DNA of 64,000 nt from Saprospiraceae bacterium (GTDB taxonomy: Bacteria > Bacteroidota > Bacteroidia > Chitinophagales > Saprospiraceae), in contig JBGSKO010000116.1 in the NCBI GenBank assembly GCA_041741155.1, positions 29,103 through 93,102 on the forward strand, written 5' to 3'. Position numbers and translations under genes: made by a program. The notes beneath the pieces were generated by a model. The model searched no databases. It was not told the DNA's origin and worked only from the letters and a program-made list of their open reading frames with translations. Below are positions 1 through 8,605 of this stretch, one piece after another. Numbering within the stretch: the first letter of the stretch is position 1; the number at the start of each line of letters is the position of its first letter.

Positions 1-1
1 T

Positions 2-1702
2 GCCGACCGGGCGCCCGGCGAATGGGGCTGGATAGACATCGAAAAAATCGAACGCGAAGGCGGCGCTGATTTGAGCGGCAATATGCGTTATGTCCAACCC
101 GACGACGGCAATGCCGCCGATCAATCGGTGCTGGAAGTGTCGCTCGACCGGCCCGTTTTGCCGGGCGAAACGGCTGTTTTTCACTTGAAATGGCGCGCCA
201 AAATGCCCAAAACAATTGTTCGCGCCGGCTACAGCCAGGATTTTTACCTGTTTTGCCACTGGTTTCCACAACTCGGTGTTTTTGAACAAAACAAGGCGGG
301 CGCCTGGGACTGGAACTGCCATCAATTCTTCTGGCACACCGAGTTTTTTGCCGATTTCGGCGTGTACGACGTGTACATTACCGCCGGCAACAAGTTTGTC
401 ATGGGAGCATCCGGTTGTTTGGTCAGCGAAAAAAACAACGGCAACGGCACAACCACCCGGCATTATCACGTGGAAGATGTGATTGATTTTGCGTGGGCTA
501 TTTACCCCCGTTTTATGGTGCAGGAAGACCGCTGGCGCGACGTGTACATCCGCCTGCTGATTCCGCCGGATCACGCCGATTTGGGGCCGCGATACCTGAA
601 CGCCCTGAAATTTGCCCTCGAATACCTCGAAAAACACGTCGGGAAGTATCCCTACCCAAGTATCACGGTAGTGGATCCGCCCTTTCACGGCCTGCTCTCC
701 GGGATGATGGAATACCCGACGCTGATTACCACAGGCACTTTTTACGGGATGCCGGCGGGCATCCGCACAATGGAATCCTTGGTGGTGCACGAGTTTGTAC
801 ATCAATATTTTATGGGCATGGTCGCCTCCAATGAAAAAGAGGAAGCATGGCTCGATGAGGGGTTTGTTACGTATTTTGAAGACCGGATCATGGACGCAGC
901 CTACGGCGAAAAGCAATCGCTGGTGGACGTTTTCGGCTATCGCTTCGACAACCGCGAACTTACCCGGCTGGAGTATACCACCATGCGAAATCCCCGGGAG
1001 GGTACAGTGGCGCGCCCGGGCTGGTTTTTTTCAAATTCAAATTTTAAACCCCTGATTTACAGCAAACCCGCCACGACCCTGCGTACGGTTGAAGCGCTCG
1101 TCGGCACGGAAAAAATGGACCGCATCATCCGGACCTATTTTGAAAAGTGGAAATTCCGGCATCCCCGGGGCGCTGATTTTATGGCCGTGTTGAAGGAAGA
1201 ATTGATGGCCGGGCCCGATACCGTTTTTGGCTTGCAGGTGTATGATCTGTTTGAAAAAAGCATTTACCACGCCGTCGTGCTGGATTACGCCGTCACCCGG
1301 ATTTCTAACGAGGAACTGCCCGCCGCACGAGGCTTTTTTGGAAAGAACAGTTCAACGTTTACGTACGACAAGGGGAGCGGCAACCGGCGATTGCTTTCCA
1401 AAGTCGAGGTGCAACGCAAAGGCGACTGGGTTTTTCCGGTGGAAATTTTGGTGACGTTTGAAGATGGAACCACCCTTACCCGGAACTGGTCGGGCGAGGA
1501 AGGCGTGCAGGTGTTCGAGTACTCGGGCACTTCCAAAATCGTTTCGGCGCACATTGATCCGCAGCAGAAAATCAGCCTGGATATAGACTGGAATAACAAC
1601 AGTCTTACCCTGCAACCCGAAAAAGCCCCGCTTTGGAAATACGCTGCAAAGGCCGTTTTCTGGATACAAAATCTATTGCAAATCACTAGTTTCCTGGTGT
1701 AA
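2..1702 (+). CDS. M1-family zinc metallopeptidase (aminopeptidase N-like), 5' end outside the window
   Basis: The frame is open from base 2 with no stop before the ATG at 71, so the gene is cut by the window edge. HEFVHQYF...WLDEGF matches the HExxH-(18)-E gluzincin/M1 signature. The stop at 1700-1702 overlaps the next ATG (TAATG). Confidence 0.85.
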   Translation, partial: ADRAPGEWGWIDIEKIEREGGADLSGNMRYVQPDDGNAADQSVLEVSLDRPVLPGETAVFHLKWRAKMPKTIVRAGYSQDFYLFCHWFPQLGVFEQNKAGAWDWNCHQFFWHTEFFADFGVYDVYITAGNKFVMGASGCLVSEKNNGNGTTTRHYHVEDVIDFAWAIYPRFMVQEDRWRDVYIRLLIPPDHADLGPRYLNALKFALEYLEKHVGKYPYPSITVVDPPFHGLLSGMMEYPTLITTGTFYGMPAGIRTMESLVVHEFVHQYFMGMVASNEKEEAWLDEGFVTYFEDRIMDAAYGEKQSLVDVFGYRFDNRELTRLEYTTMRNPREGTVARPGWFFSNSNFKPLIYSKPATTLRTVEALVGTEKMDRIIRTYFEKWKFRHPRGADFMAVLKEELMAGPDTVFGLQVYDLFEKSIYHAVVLDYAVTRISNEELPAARGFFGKNSSTFTYDKGSGNRRLLSKVEVQRKGDWVFPVEILVTFEDGTTLTRNWSGEEGVQVFEYSGTSKIVSAHIDPQQKISLDIDWNNNSLTLQPEKAPLWKYAAKAVFWIQNLLQITSFLV

Positions 1703-2580
1703 TGATGAAGATGCAGGACATTTTTATACATAGTTTTTCGGTCGGAATGCGCCAGTGGCGTATTGCTGCTATTGTTTATGTTTTTCAATTTTGTCTGGTG
1801 TTTACCCTGGGAATGCAGGTGTTCGGTATTTTAGAGGCTTCTATAGGGCATTCTCTGGAGATCAATAAATTGCTGCGAAACTATGACCACACCGTACTGA
1901 CGGACTTTCTGAAAGTGCACGGCGCCTCCATTACCCCGCTCATCGGTCAGTTGCGCTGGCTGATACTCGCGTGGCTGCTGTTTTCGGTATTTATTGACGC
2001 CGGGTTGTTGGTATGCGCCGCTTCGCCGGAAGAAAGCTCAGGCCGGGCATTCTGGAAAGGAGGGGCCGGGTATTTTTTTCCGTTTCTAAAAATTGGCCTG
2101 TTTTTTCTGGTGCTGGCTTTGATTTGGACGGCGGCGATTTGGACGCCGGTGGCTGTATATGTACAGCCGGCGTTGCAAGGCCTTCCTTCGGAAAAATATA
2201 CGGTCTGGCTCCTGTTGTGCGGGTTGTTGATGTACCTGATAGGCCTGGCGGTGTTGTTCGCCTGGTCGGTTGTCAGCCGGTTTGTCAAAATTAAAACCGA
2301 TGCATCTATTGCTGCGAGCCTCAAACGCGGCTTTCAAATTTTCCGGAAAAACAAATGGGGTTTTGCGGGTTTACTGTCGGGTTTCGCGGGCCTGCAGCTG
2401 GTATTGCTGGTGGTGTACTGGCAGCTGGAGGCGTTCGCCGGCATGACTTCGCCGGCATCCATTCTGGCGTTTTTTGTTGTGCAGCAGGCGTTTGTGTTTT
2501 TCAGGATACAGATTCGGCAAATGCTGTACGCCGGGGTTTGCGCGCTTGCAATACGGACGGGGGGCCAGGCAAACGCATAA
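1702..2580 (+). CDS. multi-pass membrane protein of unknown function
   Basis: 292-aa ORF whose ATG overlaps the upstream stop, suggesting translational coupling. It has several long hydrophobic segments (IAAIVYVFQFCLVFTLGMQVFGIL, WLILAWLLFSVFIDAGLLV, GLFFLVLALIWTAAIW). No catalytic motif recognised. Confidence 0.6.
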   Translation: MMKMQDIFIHSFSVGMRQWRIAAIVYVFQFCLVFTLGMQVFGILEASIGHSLEINKLLRNYDHTVLTDFLKVHGASITPLIGQLRWLILAWLLFSVFIDAGLLVCAASPEESSGRAFWKGGAGYFFPFLKIGLFFLVLALIWTAAIWTPVAVYVQPALQGLPSEKYTVWLLLCGLLMYLIGLAVLFAWSVVSRFVKIKTDASIAASLKRGFQIFRKNKWGFAGLLSGFAGLQLVLLVVYWQLEAFAGMTSPASILAFFVVQQAFVFFRIQIRQMLYAGVCALAIRTGGQANA

Positions 2581-2591
2581 AAACTGATTAC

Positions 2592-3034
2592 GACCTCGGT
2601 ACCGCTGAGCCTAAGCAGCGCATAGTTTCCATGCTCTACGTTTGTCATCCTGAAGGGAACTGTCCGCTCTACGGTCGAAACTGCGGGGTTTGCCATACGT
2701 AGAGCGGACAGTTCCCTTCGGGATGACAAACGTAGCGTACCCAAAATATGGGGATTGTTCAGAATATGCGAAGGGCGTGCTCGGCGGTATCGGGGTTCAC
2801 GAATGTACCATTATTTCCATGCTATAAACATATAGCCCTTTTACCGCCGAGCCTCGGCTCTGCATACAGTGCTATTGGTCAGACGACCTTCGGTCGTACA
2901 GACCAATGTGTCCTGCGGTCTGTACGACCGAAGGTCGTCTGACCGCTTTCCCTTTTTATGCGCAACCAATGCTCGGCGGTATCAGGGCTTGGCTTGAGAA
3001 TTATAAGTAATCAACGCTCGCCGGTACCGAGGTC
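2592..3034. repeat. nested modular palindromic intergenic element (REP/MITE-like)
   Basis: Outer inverted repeat 2592-2610 / 3016-3034 (17/19). Two internal units share TACCGCYGAGC-type arms (2600-2624 with 2765-2791; 2842-2866 with 2957-2983). Their cores differ: a 38-bp stem at 2636-2673/2698-2735 and a 28-bp perfect stem at 2877-2904/2917-2944. Confidence 0.7.
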
Positions 3035-3044
3035 ATTTGTACCC

Positions 3045-5456
3045 TCATAACCGCACCTTCATCAACTTCGCCAGCCGCTCGAAAACGGCCTTCCACTCGT
3101 CGTTCCAGAACTCCCAAAGTTCTTTCCGGTGCCCTTTCGTGACCAGGTAGAAAATATTTTGGCTGCGCCAGATATCGGGCACAAGCTGCATTTCCTGCAT
3201 GATTTCCAGCACGTCGGCCAGCCATTGCAAACGAGACAGCGAGGAGGTATCCTGCTGGATCTGTTTGATTTCCCGGTGGATGCGCTGGCCGGCGGCGTGG
3301 CGCACAGCTTCTTCGTCGGCGAGTTTGACTTTCCAGCTTTTCAGGTCGTCGGCTACACGGCGCAGGATCTGGATGTTGGGCGTTTGGCCGTTTCTGAAAA
3401 AATGCAGCAAGTCGTCGTTCAGCACGTATGAGGCGATGTTGCGCCAGGTATCGGGCAGGGGCAGGCCGGCTTCCTGGAGGCCGGTCATGAGCTGGTAGTT
3501 GTCGTTGAAAACGTTGCGAAAATTAGCCTCCGCGAGCAGCAGGCTGTTGGCGGTAATGGCGCGGATGATCTTGATTTTTTCGTCGGCAAAGAGTGTAGCC
3601 AGGGTGAACTTGTGCGGCCCGAAGTGCTCCTGCTGGATGCCGATGACCTCGCCGAGGTTGGCTTTTCGGAATGCGTCGGCTACGCGCAGGTGCACCTCGT
3701 CGTAGGTGGTGCGGTTCAACGTACCGCTGATGTTGCCGATGATGTGCTGCTGGCCGAGGTACAGCGCCGAAAAACTGTACGTATGCTCGGCATGCGTGAG
3801 GCGCGAGCGGATGCGCAGGCGGCCGATCGCGAGGCGCGGAGTGCCGGCCTCGATGCGCTCGAATGCTTCTACTTTGACGGTATAGTTGAACAGATCAAGT
3901 TGTGCCGGGTCGTCTTCGAACAGCGAGGCTACGGCAAAATGGGCCGCTACGCGCTCGAGGTCCACGCGGGCGGGCAGCACGTTTTGCAGGTAGCTGGCGG
4001 CGCCGTCGGCGTACTTGTTGCTGGGCGCGCTGCGCAGGCGTTTCTCAAATCCCGCGTGCAGCTCCAGTCCGCAGGAGTCCTGGGCATGGTCCATGGAGCG
4101 CAGGGCATACTGGAGAATCTGGTTGGTTTCGATGCCCGATATTTCATCGAAAAACCAGCCGCAACTGGTGTACATGAGTACGGCGTAGCGCTGCATTTCG
4201 AGCAGGCGCAGGGCGGTCACTTCTTCGAGTTTGCTGAGTTCGCGGCGGGCGTGTTTCTCAAAAAACGCGCGCACAGCCTCGTCGGAGCGGTTCAGCATGG
4301 CCTCGATGTAGTCGTTTCGAGCTTTCCAGGCGTCTTTGAAAAACCGGCCGGCCTCTTTTTCGTACGCGGGGGCGAGTTGGTCGCGCAGCCAGTCGAGCGC
4401 TGCGCGCAGGGGTTTGCGCCAGCGCTGATGCCAGCCGGGATTGCCGCCGGTGTTGCACCCGCAGTCGCTGCGCCAGCGCTCCACTCCGTGCACGCAGCTC
4501 CAGGAGGAGTCTTCGTGGATTTGCACTTCGTATTCCGGCGGAAACAGTTCGAGAAACTGGCCGTAATTGGTCAGGGTTGCGAGGTTGTTGTCCTCAATAT
4601 GGGTGAGGGCGGAAGCGAGGGCCATTTCGCCGAAGCGGTGGTGGTGGCCGTAGCTCTCGCCGTCGGTGGCGATGTGGGCGAGTTGGGGGGCGTCGGAGTC
4701 GTCGAGGATGCGGAGCAGGCGCTCGGCGAACAGCTGCCCGTTGTTGAGCAGGCCGTTGAAGGCAACCTCCTGCGCCAGTCTGCCGTGGTAAAAATACAGG
4801 GCAATGCGGCGTCCGCTGGGCAGCTGGCACCAGTACGGGTGGCGGGTATCTATGGAATCGGCGTCCACCGGTTTCCATGCGGTGTCGCCCGTTTTGCGCA
4901 CGGCCGCAGCCTGTCGGGGCGCCAGCACGGTGTACTGGAGGCCGTGTGCGGCCAGCACTTCGAGGGTTTCGGTATTTACGGCCGTTTCTGCCAGCCAGAT
5001 GCCCTCCGGGTAGCGGCCGAACCGGTGTTCAAAATCGCGCACCCCCCAATAGACCTGGGTTACTTTGTCGCGGTAATTGGCCAGCGGCAGGATGAGGTGG
5101 CTGTGCACTTGTGCCAGCGCGTTGCCGTGGCCGCCGTAGCGTTCCCGGCTGCGGTGGTCGGCCTGAATGACCAGCTCGTACGCTTCCGGGTCGTTGACCT
5201 CCAGCCAGGTAAGCAGGGTGGGGCCGAGGTTGTAGGAAATGCGGTTGTAGTTGTTTTTGATCTTGATGATCCAGCCTTCCCGATCGAGGATGCGGGCCGC
5301 CGCATTGGGGGCGTAGCATTCGAAGTTGATGCGCTCGTTCCAGTCGTGGTAGGGGCGGGCGCCCTCTTGTTGTTCCACTACTTCCAGCCAGGCGTTTTCG
5401 CGTGGAGGCTGGTAAAAGTGGCCGTGGACGCAGACGTATTTTTTCTTGTCGGACAT
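3045..5456 (-). CDS. glycoside hydrolase family 57 protein (alpha-glucan-active, with DUF3536-type C-terminal extension)
   Basis: 803-aa ORF. The N-terminal YVCVHGHFYQPPRENAW and HDWNERINFECYAPNA blocks are characteristic of GH57 enzymes. Confidence 0.9.
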   Translation of the reverse strand: MSDKKKYVCVHGHFYQPPRENAWLEVVEQQEGARPYHDWNERINFECYAPNAAARILDREGWIIKIKNNYNRISYNLGPTLLTWLEVNDPEAYELVIQADHRSRERYGGHGNALAQVHSHLILPLANYRDKVTQVYWGVRDFEHRFGRYPEGIWLAETAVNTETLEVLAAHGLQYTVLAPRQAAAVRKTGDTAWKPVDADSIDTRHPYWCQLPSGRRIALYFYHGRLAQEVAFNGLLNNGQLFAERLLRILDDSDAPQLAHIATDGESYGHHHRFGEMALASALTHIEDNNLATLTNYGQFLELFPPEYEVQIHEDSSWSCVHGVERWRSDCGCNTGGNPGWHQRWRKPLRAALDWLRDQLAPAYEKEAGRFFKDAWKARNDYIEAMLNRSDEAVRAFFEKHARRELSKLEEVTALRLLEMQRYAVLMYTSCGWFFDEISGIETNQILQYALRSMDHAQDSCGLELHAGFEKRLRSAPSNKYADGAASYLQNVLPARVDLERVAAHFAVASLFEDDPAQLDLFNYTVKVEAFERIEAGTPRLAIGRLRIRSRLTHAEHTYSFSALYLGQQHIIGNISGTLNRTTYDEVHLRVADAFRKANLGEVIGIQQEHFGPHKFTLATLFADEKIKIIRAITANSLLLAEANFRNVFNDNYQLMTGLQEAGLPLPDTWRNIASYVLNDDLLHFFRNGQTPNIQILRRVADDLKSWKVKLADEEAVRHAAGQRIHREIKQIQQDTSSLSRLQWLADVLEIMQEMQLVPDIWRSQNIFYLVTKGHRKELWEFWNDEWKAVFERLAKLMKVRL

Positions 5457-5601
5457 GTGTTGCGGTGGTCGGGTTGGTTGGGGGGCGGCGCAGGAGTGGC
5501 GGGGTGACTTTAAGGCACCCCGACACTTTTACACGCGCCGCTCTGTTGCGGCAAAAGTACAATTGCTAACCACCACTTGAGTCCTCTTTTGTCGGTGCGC
5601 T

Positions 5602-6003
5602 CTAAATATCGCGCCATGCCGTTACGGTGTAGTGCGAGCGTAATTGACTTTCCGCGCCGCCATAGATGAGCGTTTTGGAATGCACGTTTGCTCCGGCGAT
5701 ATTGGCAAAGTAGTCAAGCCCTTTAAAATGATTGGGCAGCACGGTTTCTGTAGATTTTATTTCAAGGATATCAAGCACGGCTCCCCGTTGTTGGAGCAGG
5801 TCAATTTCGTTGCCGTTGGAGTCGCGCCAGAACCAGTACTCCCGGAGTTGGTATTGGTGAAAATTTTGTTTGAAGAGTTCGGCGACGATAAGGTTCTCAA
5901 ACAGGCTGCCCGCAAGTGTCGGGTTGTCTAATTCTTGAACTTGTCGAATACCGAGTAAGAAGCAGACCAGAAACTTTGAAATTACATGATTGTTTTTTTG
6001 AAA
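5602..6003 (-). pseudogene. remnant (C-terminal part only) of an AAA-ATPase with a DUF4143 domain
   Basis: Hand translation of the minus strand gives ...GIRQVQELDNPTLAGSLFENLIVAELFKQNFHQYQLREYWFWRDSNGNEIDLLQQRGAVLDILEIKSTETVLPNHFKGLDYFANIAGANVHSKTLIYGGAESQLRSHYTVTAWRDI*. This has the layout of the C-terminus of ~390-aa DUF4143 ATPases. There is no ATG, no Walker region, and a stop lies just upstream (6004-6006). It is absent from the ORF track because it lacks a start codon. Confidence 0.6.
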
Positions 6004-6031
6004 TTACATAAATAATTTTTTGGAATTGCAT
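5975..6031. repeat. three phased 22-bp direct repeats (TTTGRAATTRCAT core)
   Basis: Cores lie at 5975-5987, 5997-6009 and 6019-6031 with exactly 22-bp spacing. The stretch is AT-rich and sits where the missing 5' part of the ATPase relic should be. Confidence 0.6.
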
Positions 6032-6074
6032 AAAAATGACTGTGTTGGGTTTCTGCACATCCTAAGCTAACCCA

Positions 6075-7241
6075 TTACATCAGCAGCCGCTCCAAATAGT
6101 GCTCCCCGATGCCGAACCCGGTCTTCAGCGCGGCTACTTTTTCCAGTGCAGCGGCTTTTTTCCGGGCGTCGCTGCGGGCGTCGCCGATGGCGGTGATCAT
6201 CACATTTTTGGCGGTATGCTCGGTGGAGACAAACTCAAACACGTTGGTTTTGTAACCGTTGGCTTCGAGCAGGAGCGCCCGGATACCGTCGGTCACGATC
6301 TCGGCCTGGCGCTCTTCGAGGATGCCGTGGCGGAGAATGGGCGCCAGTTCGTTGTGCGTGTCCATGTCGCGGCGGATCTGCTTGTGGCAGCAGGGCGCAG
6401 CCACGACGATGCCAGCCCGGGCGTGTATGCCGGTGGCCAGCGCAAGGTCGGTGGCGATGTCGCAGGCGTGCAGGGCGATGAGCATGTCGAGGCGCTCGGG
6501 TTGGTACGCGGCGATGTCCTGTGCGACAAATTGCAACCCCGCGAAGTTTGCTGCGCGGGCGGTTTGGTTGCAAAAGTCCACAAGATTCTGGCGCAGTTCG
6601 ATGCCGGTGATCTGTGGTTGCAGGCCGAGGTGGTTGGTCAGAAAATCGTACAGGGCGAACGTGAGGTAGCCTTTGCCGCTGCCCATGTCGGCGATGTGGG
6701 CATCCGGCGGCAGGGGGTGCGTGCGCAGCAGGCTCTCGATGATTTCGAGGTACTTGTTGATTTGTTTCCACTTGTCCTGCGCGGTGGGCAGCACCTGGCC
6801 TTGTTTGTTGGTGATGCCGAGGGCGTGCAACCACGGTGCTGCGGGGTCGAGCAGGCGGTGCTTTTCGCGGTCGTGCCGGGTGTCGGGTGGGGTGGTGCTG
6901 GTTGGTTTTTTTGTGGAAAAAGCAGCGGTACCGTTTTTGGAAAAGGCCAGTGAACTATCTGCTTCGGCGCTGAACAGTTCAGCGTTCAAAAACACCTTGC
7001 CGAGCAGGGCCTCCAGTTGCAGGGCAGCATCCACGGCGGTGAAATTCTTCACCTCGTCGCGGGTTTGGTAGCGGAATGTGAAGGCGATATGTGGTCCGGA
7101 TTTGAGTGTCACCGGGCGCAGATAAATGTTTTTCAGCCCTTCTGCCGCGGTAGCGGTGGGTTTGCTAAGGGTGCATTTTAGAAAATGTCCGGCGGAGCAG
7201 GCGCTGCGAAAGGCGTCGAGAAATTGTGTTTGTGGTTGCAT
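6075..7241 (-). CDS. class I SAM-dependent methyltransferase (Methyltransf_32-like)
   Basis: DMGSGKGYLTFAL provides the GxGxG motif I, and an ALHACD motif is present. 388-aa ORF. Confidence 0.8.
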   Translation of the reverse strand: MQPQTQFLDAFRSACSAGHFLKCTLSKPTATAAEGLKNIYLRPVTLKSGPHIAFTFRYQTRDEVKNFTAVDAALQLEALLGKVFLNAELFSAEADSSLAFSKNGTAAFSTKKPTSTTPPDTRHDREKHRLLDPAAPWLHALGITNKQGQVLPTAQDKWKQINKYLEIIESLLRTHPLPPDAHIADMGSGKGYLTFALYDFLTNHLGLQPQITGIELRQNLVDFCNQTARAANFAGLQFVAQDIAAYQPERLDMLIALHACDIATDLALATGIHARAGIVVAAPCCHKQIRRDMDTHNELAPILRHGILEERQAEIVTDGIRALLLEANGYKTNVFEFVSTEHTAKNVMITAIGDARSDARKKAAALEKVAALKTGFGIGEHYLERLLM

Positions 7242-7262
7242 AGGGTATAGAGGATGACGTAC

Positions 7263-7703
7263 TCAGAGCCGCGCACTCCGGCCTTTAAGCGCTGACCGTC
7301 GGCGCAGTTCGTCTTCAATGGTGCGCAGGGTGTATTCCAGTTCGCCGCGACTTTCGTATTTCCATTTCAACAGCCAGACCCCGGCAAGGAAACCGAGAAT
7401 GGCAATACCCATTATGGCAAATGCTACGCGGGCCAGAATGGGCCAGCCGATCAGCAGAAATGCGGCGCCGAGTAGCATCCAGCCGGCGGCAGTGGCGCCC
7501 ACGAGCAGGTTAAGGCGGTGCAAACGGTCAAATTGAGCCATACGCAGGCGCATCCGCTCGTGCAGTTCCAACAAGTGGGTGCCACCAAAGTACTCGGGAC
7601 CGAGATCTTCCAGCAGCAGGAAATCATCGTTGGCCTCGCGTTCGAGGCGATCGAGGGGCGACTCTTCAGACTTGCGAAACCACATGGCGCATTTTTTATG
7701 CAA
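7263..7703 (-). CDS. small membrane protein, unknown function
   Basis: 146-aa ORF with two adjacent hydrophobic helices (LLVGATAAGWMLLGAAFLLIGWPIL, VAFAIMGIAILGFLAGVWLL). It is 22 nt from the methyltransferase gene on the same strand. Confidence 0.55.
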   Translation of the reverse strand: MHKKCAMWFRKSEESPLDRLEREANDDFLLLEDLGPEYFGGTHLLELHERMRLRMAQFDRLHRLNLLVGATAAGWMLLGAAFLLIGWPILARVAFAIMGIAILGFLAGVWLLKWKYESRGELEYTLRTIEDELRRRSALKGRSARL

Positions 7704-7814
7704 AACTATAGAAGATGTGCGAGATAACGGGAACAGTAGCGGCGGGTTTTAACCCGCCGTATCAGAAACATTGACAAGAGCCACCGGGTTTTTACCTGCT
7801 GTATTTTCGTCCAT

Positions 7815-8405
7815 TTATTTAAAAACAGCATCTTCAGTAAGTACCCCCAACCGTTTCATTTCCCAAAAACATCTGGCCGTGGCGGCAATATCGGCTGCTG
7901 CGTTGTGGGAATCTTCGAAGGGCATGCGGAAAAGTTTATTGTGCAACTCGGATAGCTTGGGCCATTTGTAACCATAGCGGCCGGGAATGCGGCAGTAGGG
8001 CGTGGCGCTTTCCATGGTGCAGATTTTGGGTTTGCGTTCCAGCACATTCTCCTGCCCGCGCCGGATATATTCCGCGCCGATGATCTTCTCGTCAAAGTTC
8101 ATGTTGTGCGCCACAAGCACGGAGGCCTCGTCCACCAGTGCATCGAGCAGTTCCAGAATGAGGGTAAGGTCTTCGCCTTTTCCCAGGGCGATTTCGGTGG
8201 AAATACCGTGAAGTGCCGCAGCATCGCGGGGAATGGTGTAGCCCTCGGGGCGAATGATGTGGCTGTCGGATTCCACCAGCTTCCCGCCCGGGGTGTACAG
8301 CATCCAGGCAAGCTGCACCATGCGCGGCCAGTTGTCGGTATGCGTGATCGGGGCTTTCCAGCTGCGGGGTAGTCCGGTGGTTTCTGTGTCAAAAAAAAGG
8401 TACAT
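7815..8405 (-). CDS. DEDDh 3'-5' exonuclease (DNA polymerase III epsilon-like)
   Basis: Exo I is MYLFFDTETTGLP, Exo II is HNMNFDEKII and Exo III is HNAAADIAATARCF. I place the start at the ATG at 8405 (M53 of the 248-aa track ORF), immediately before the Exo I motif. Confidence 0.85.
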   Translation of the reverse strand: MYLFFDTETTGLPRSWKAPITHTDNWPRMVQLAWMLYTPGGKLVESDSHIIRPEGYTIPRDAAALHGISTEIALGKGEDLTLILELLDALVDEASVLVAHNMNFDEKIIGAEYIRRGQENVLERKPKICTMESATPYCRIPGRYGYKWPKLSELHNKLFRMPFEDSHNAAADIAATARCFWEMKRLGVLTEDAVFK

Positions 8406-8605
8406 TGCCTGTCGTTTGCGGACCTGGGGGCGGCACGAGCATGTCGTGTGTAGCTTGGCGGTAAGGGAGGGCGAAGGTACGCGACGTTTTGTATTGGATT
8501 GTACAAAATCACAAGAGAGCCCAAGATCACATGCTTCCCTGTTAACAATCATCGAAAACATCCGCAGGCATACAGGAAATTGTGCCTCAACAAAACGAAA
8601 CGATC

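Noticed and set aside
3612-5507. 631-aa ORF on the plus strand.
   Set aside because: It is antisense to the GH57 gene, which carries unambiguous family motifs. The translation is Ala/Gly/Val-rich and low in complexity, typical of shadow ORFs in GC-rich DNA.
5644-5931. 95-aa plus-strand ORF from the track.
   Set aside because: The opposite strand gives a much more convincing DUF4143-type translation, so this ORF is its shadow.
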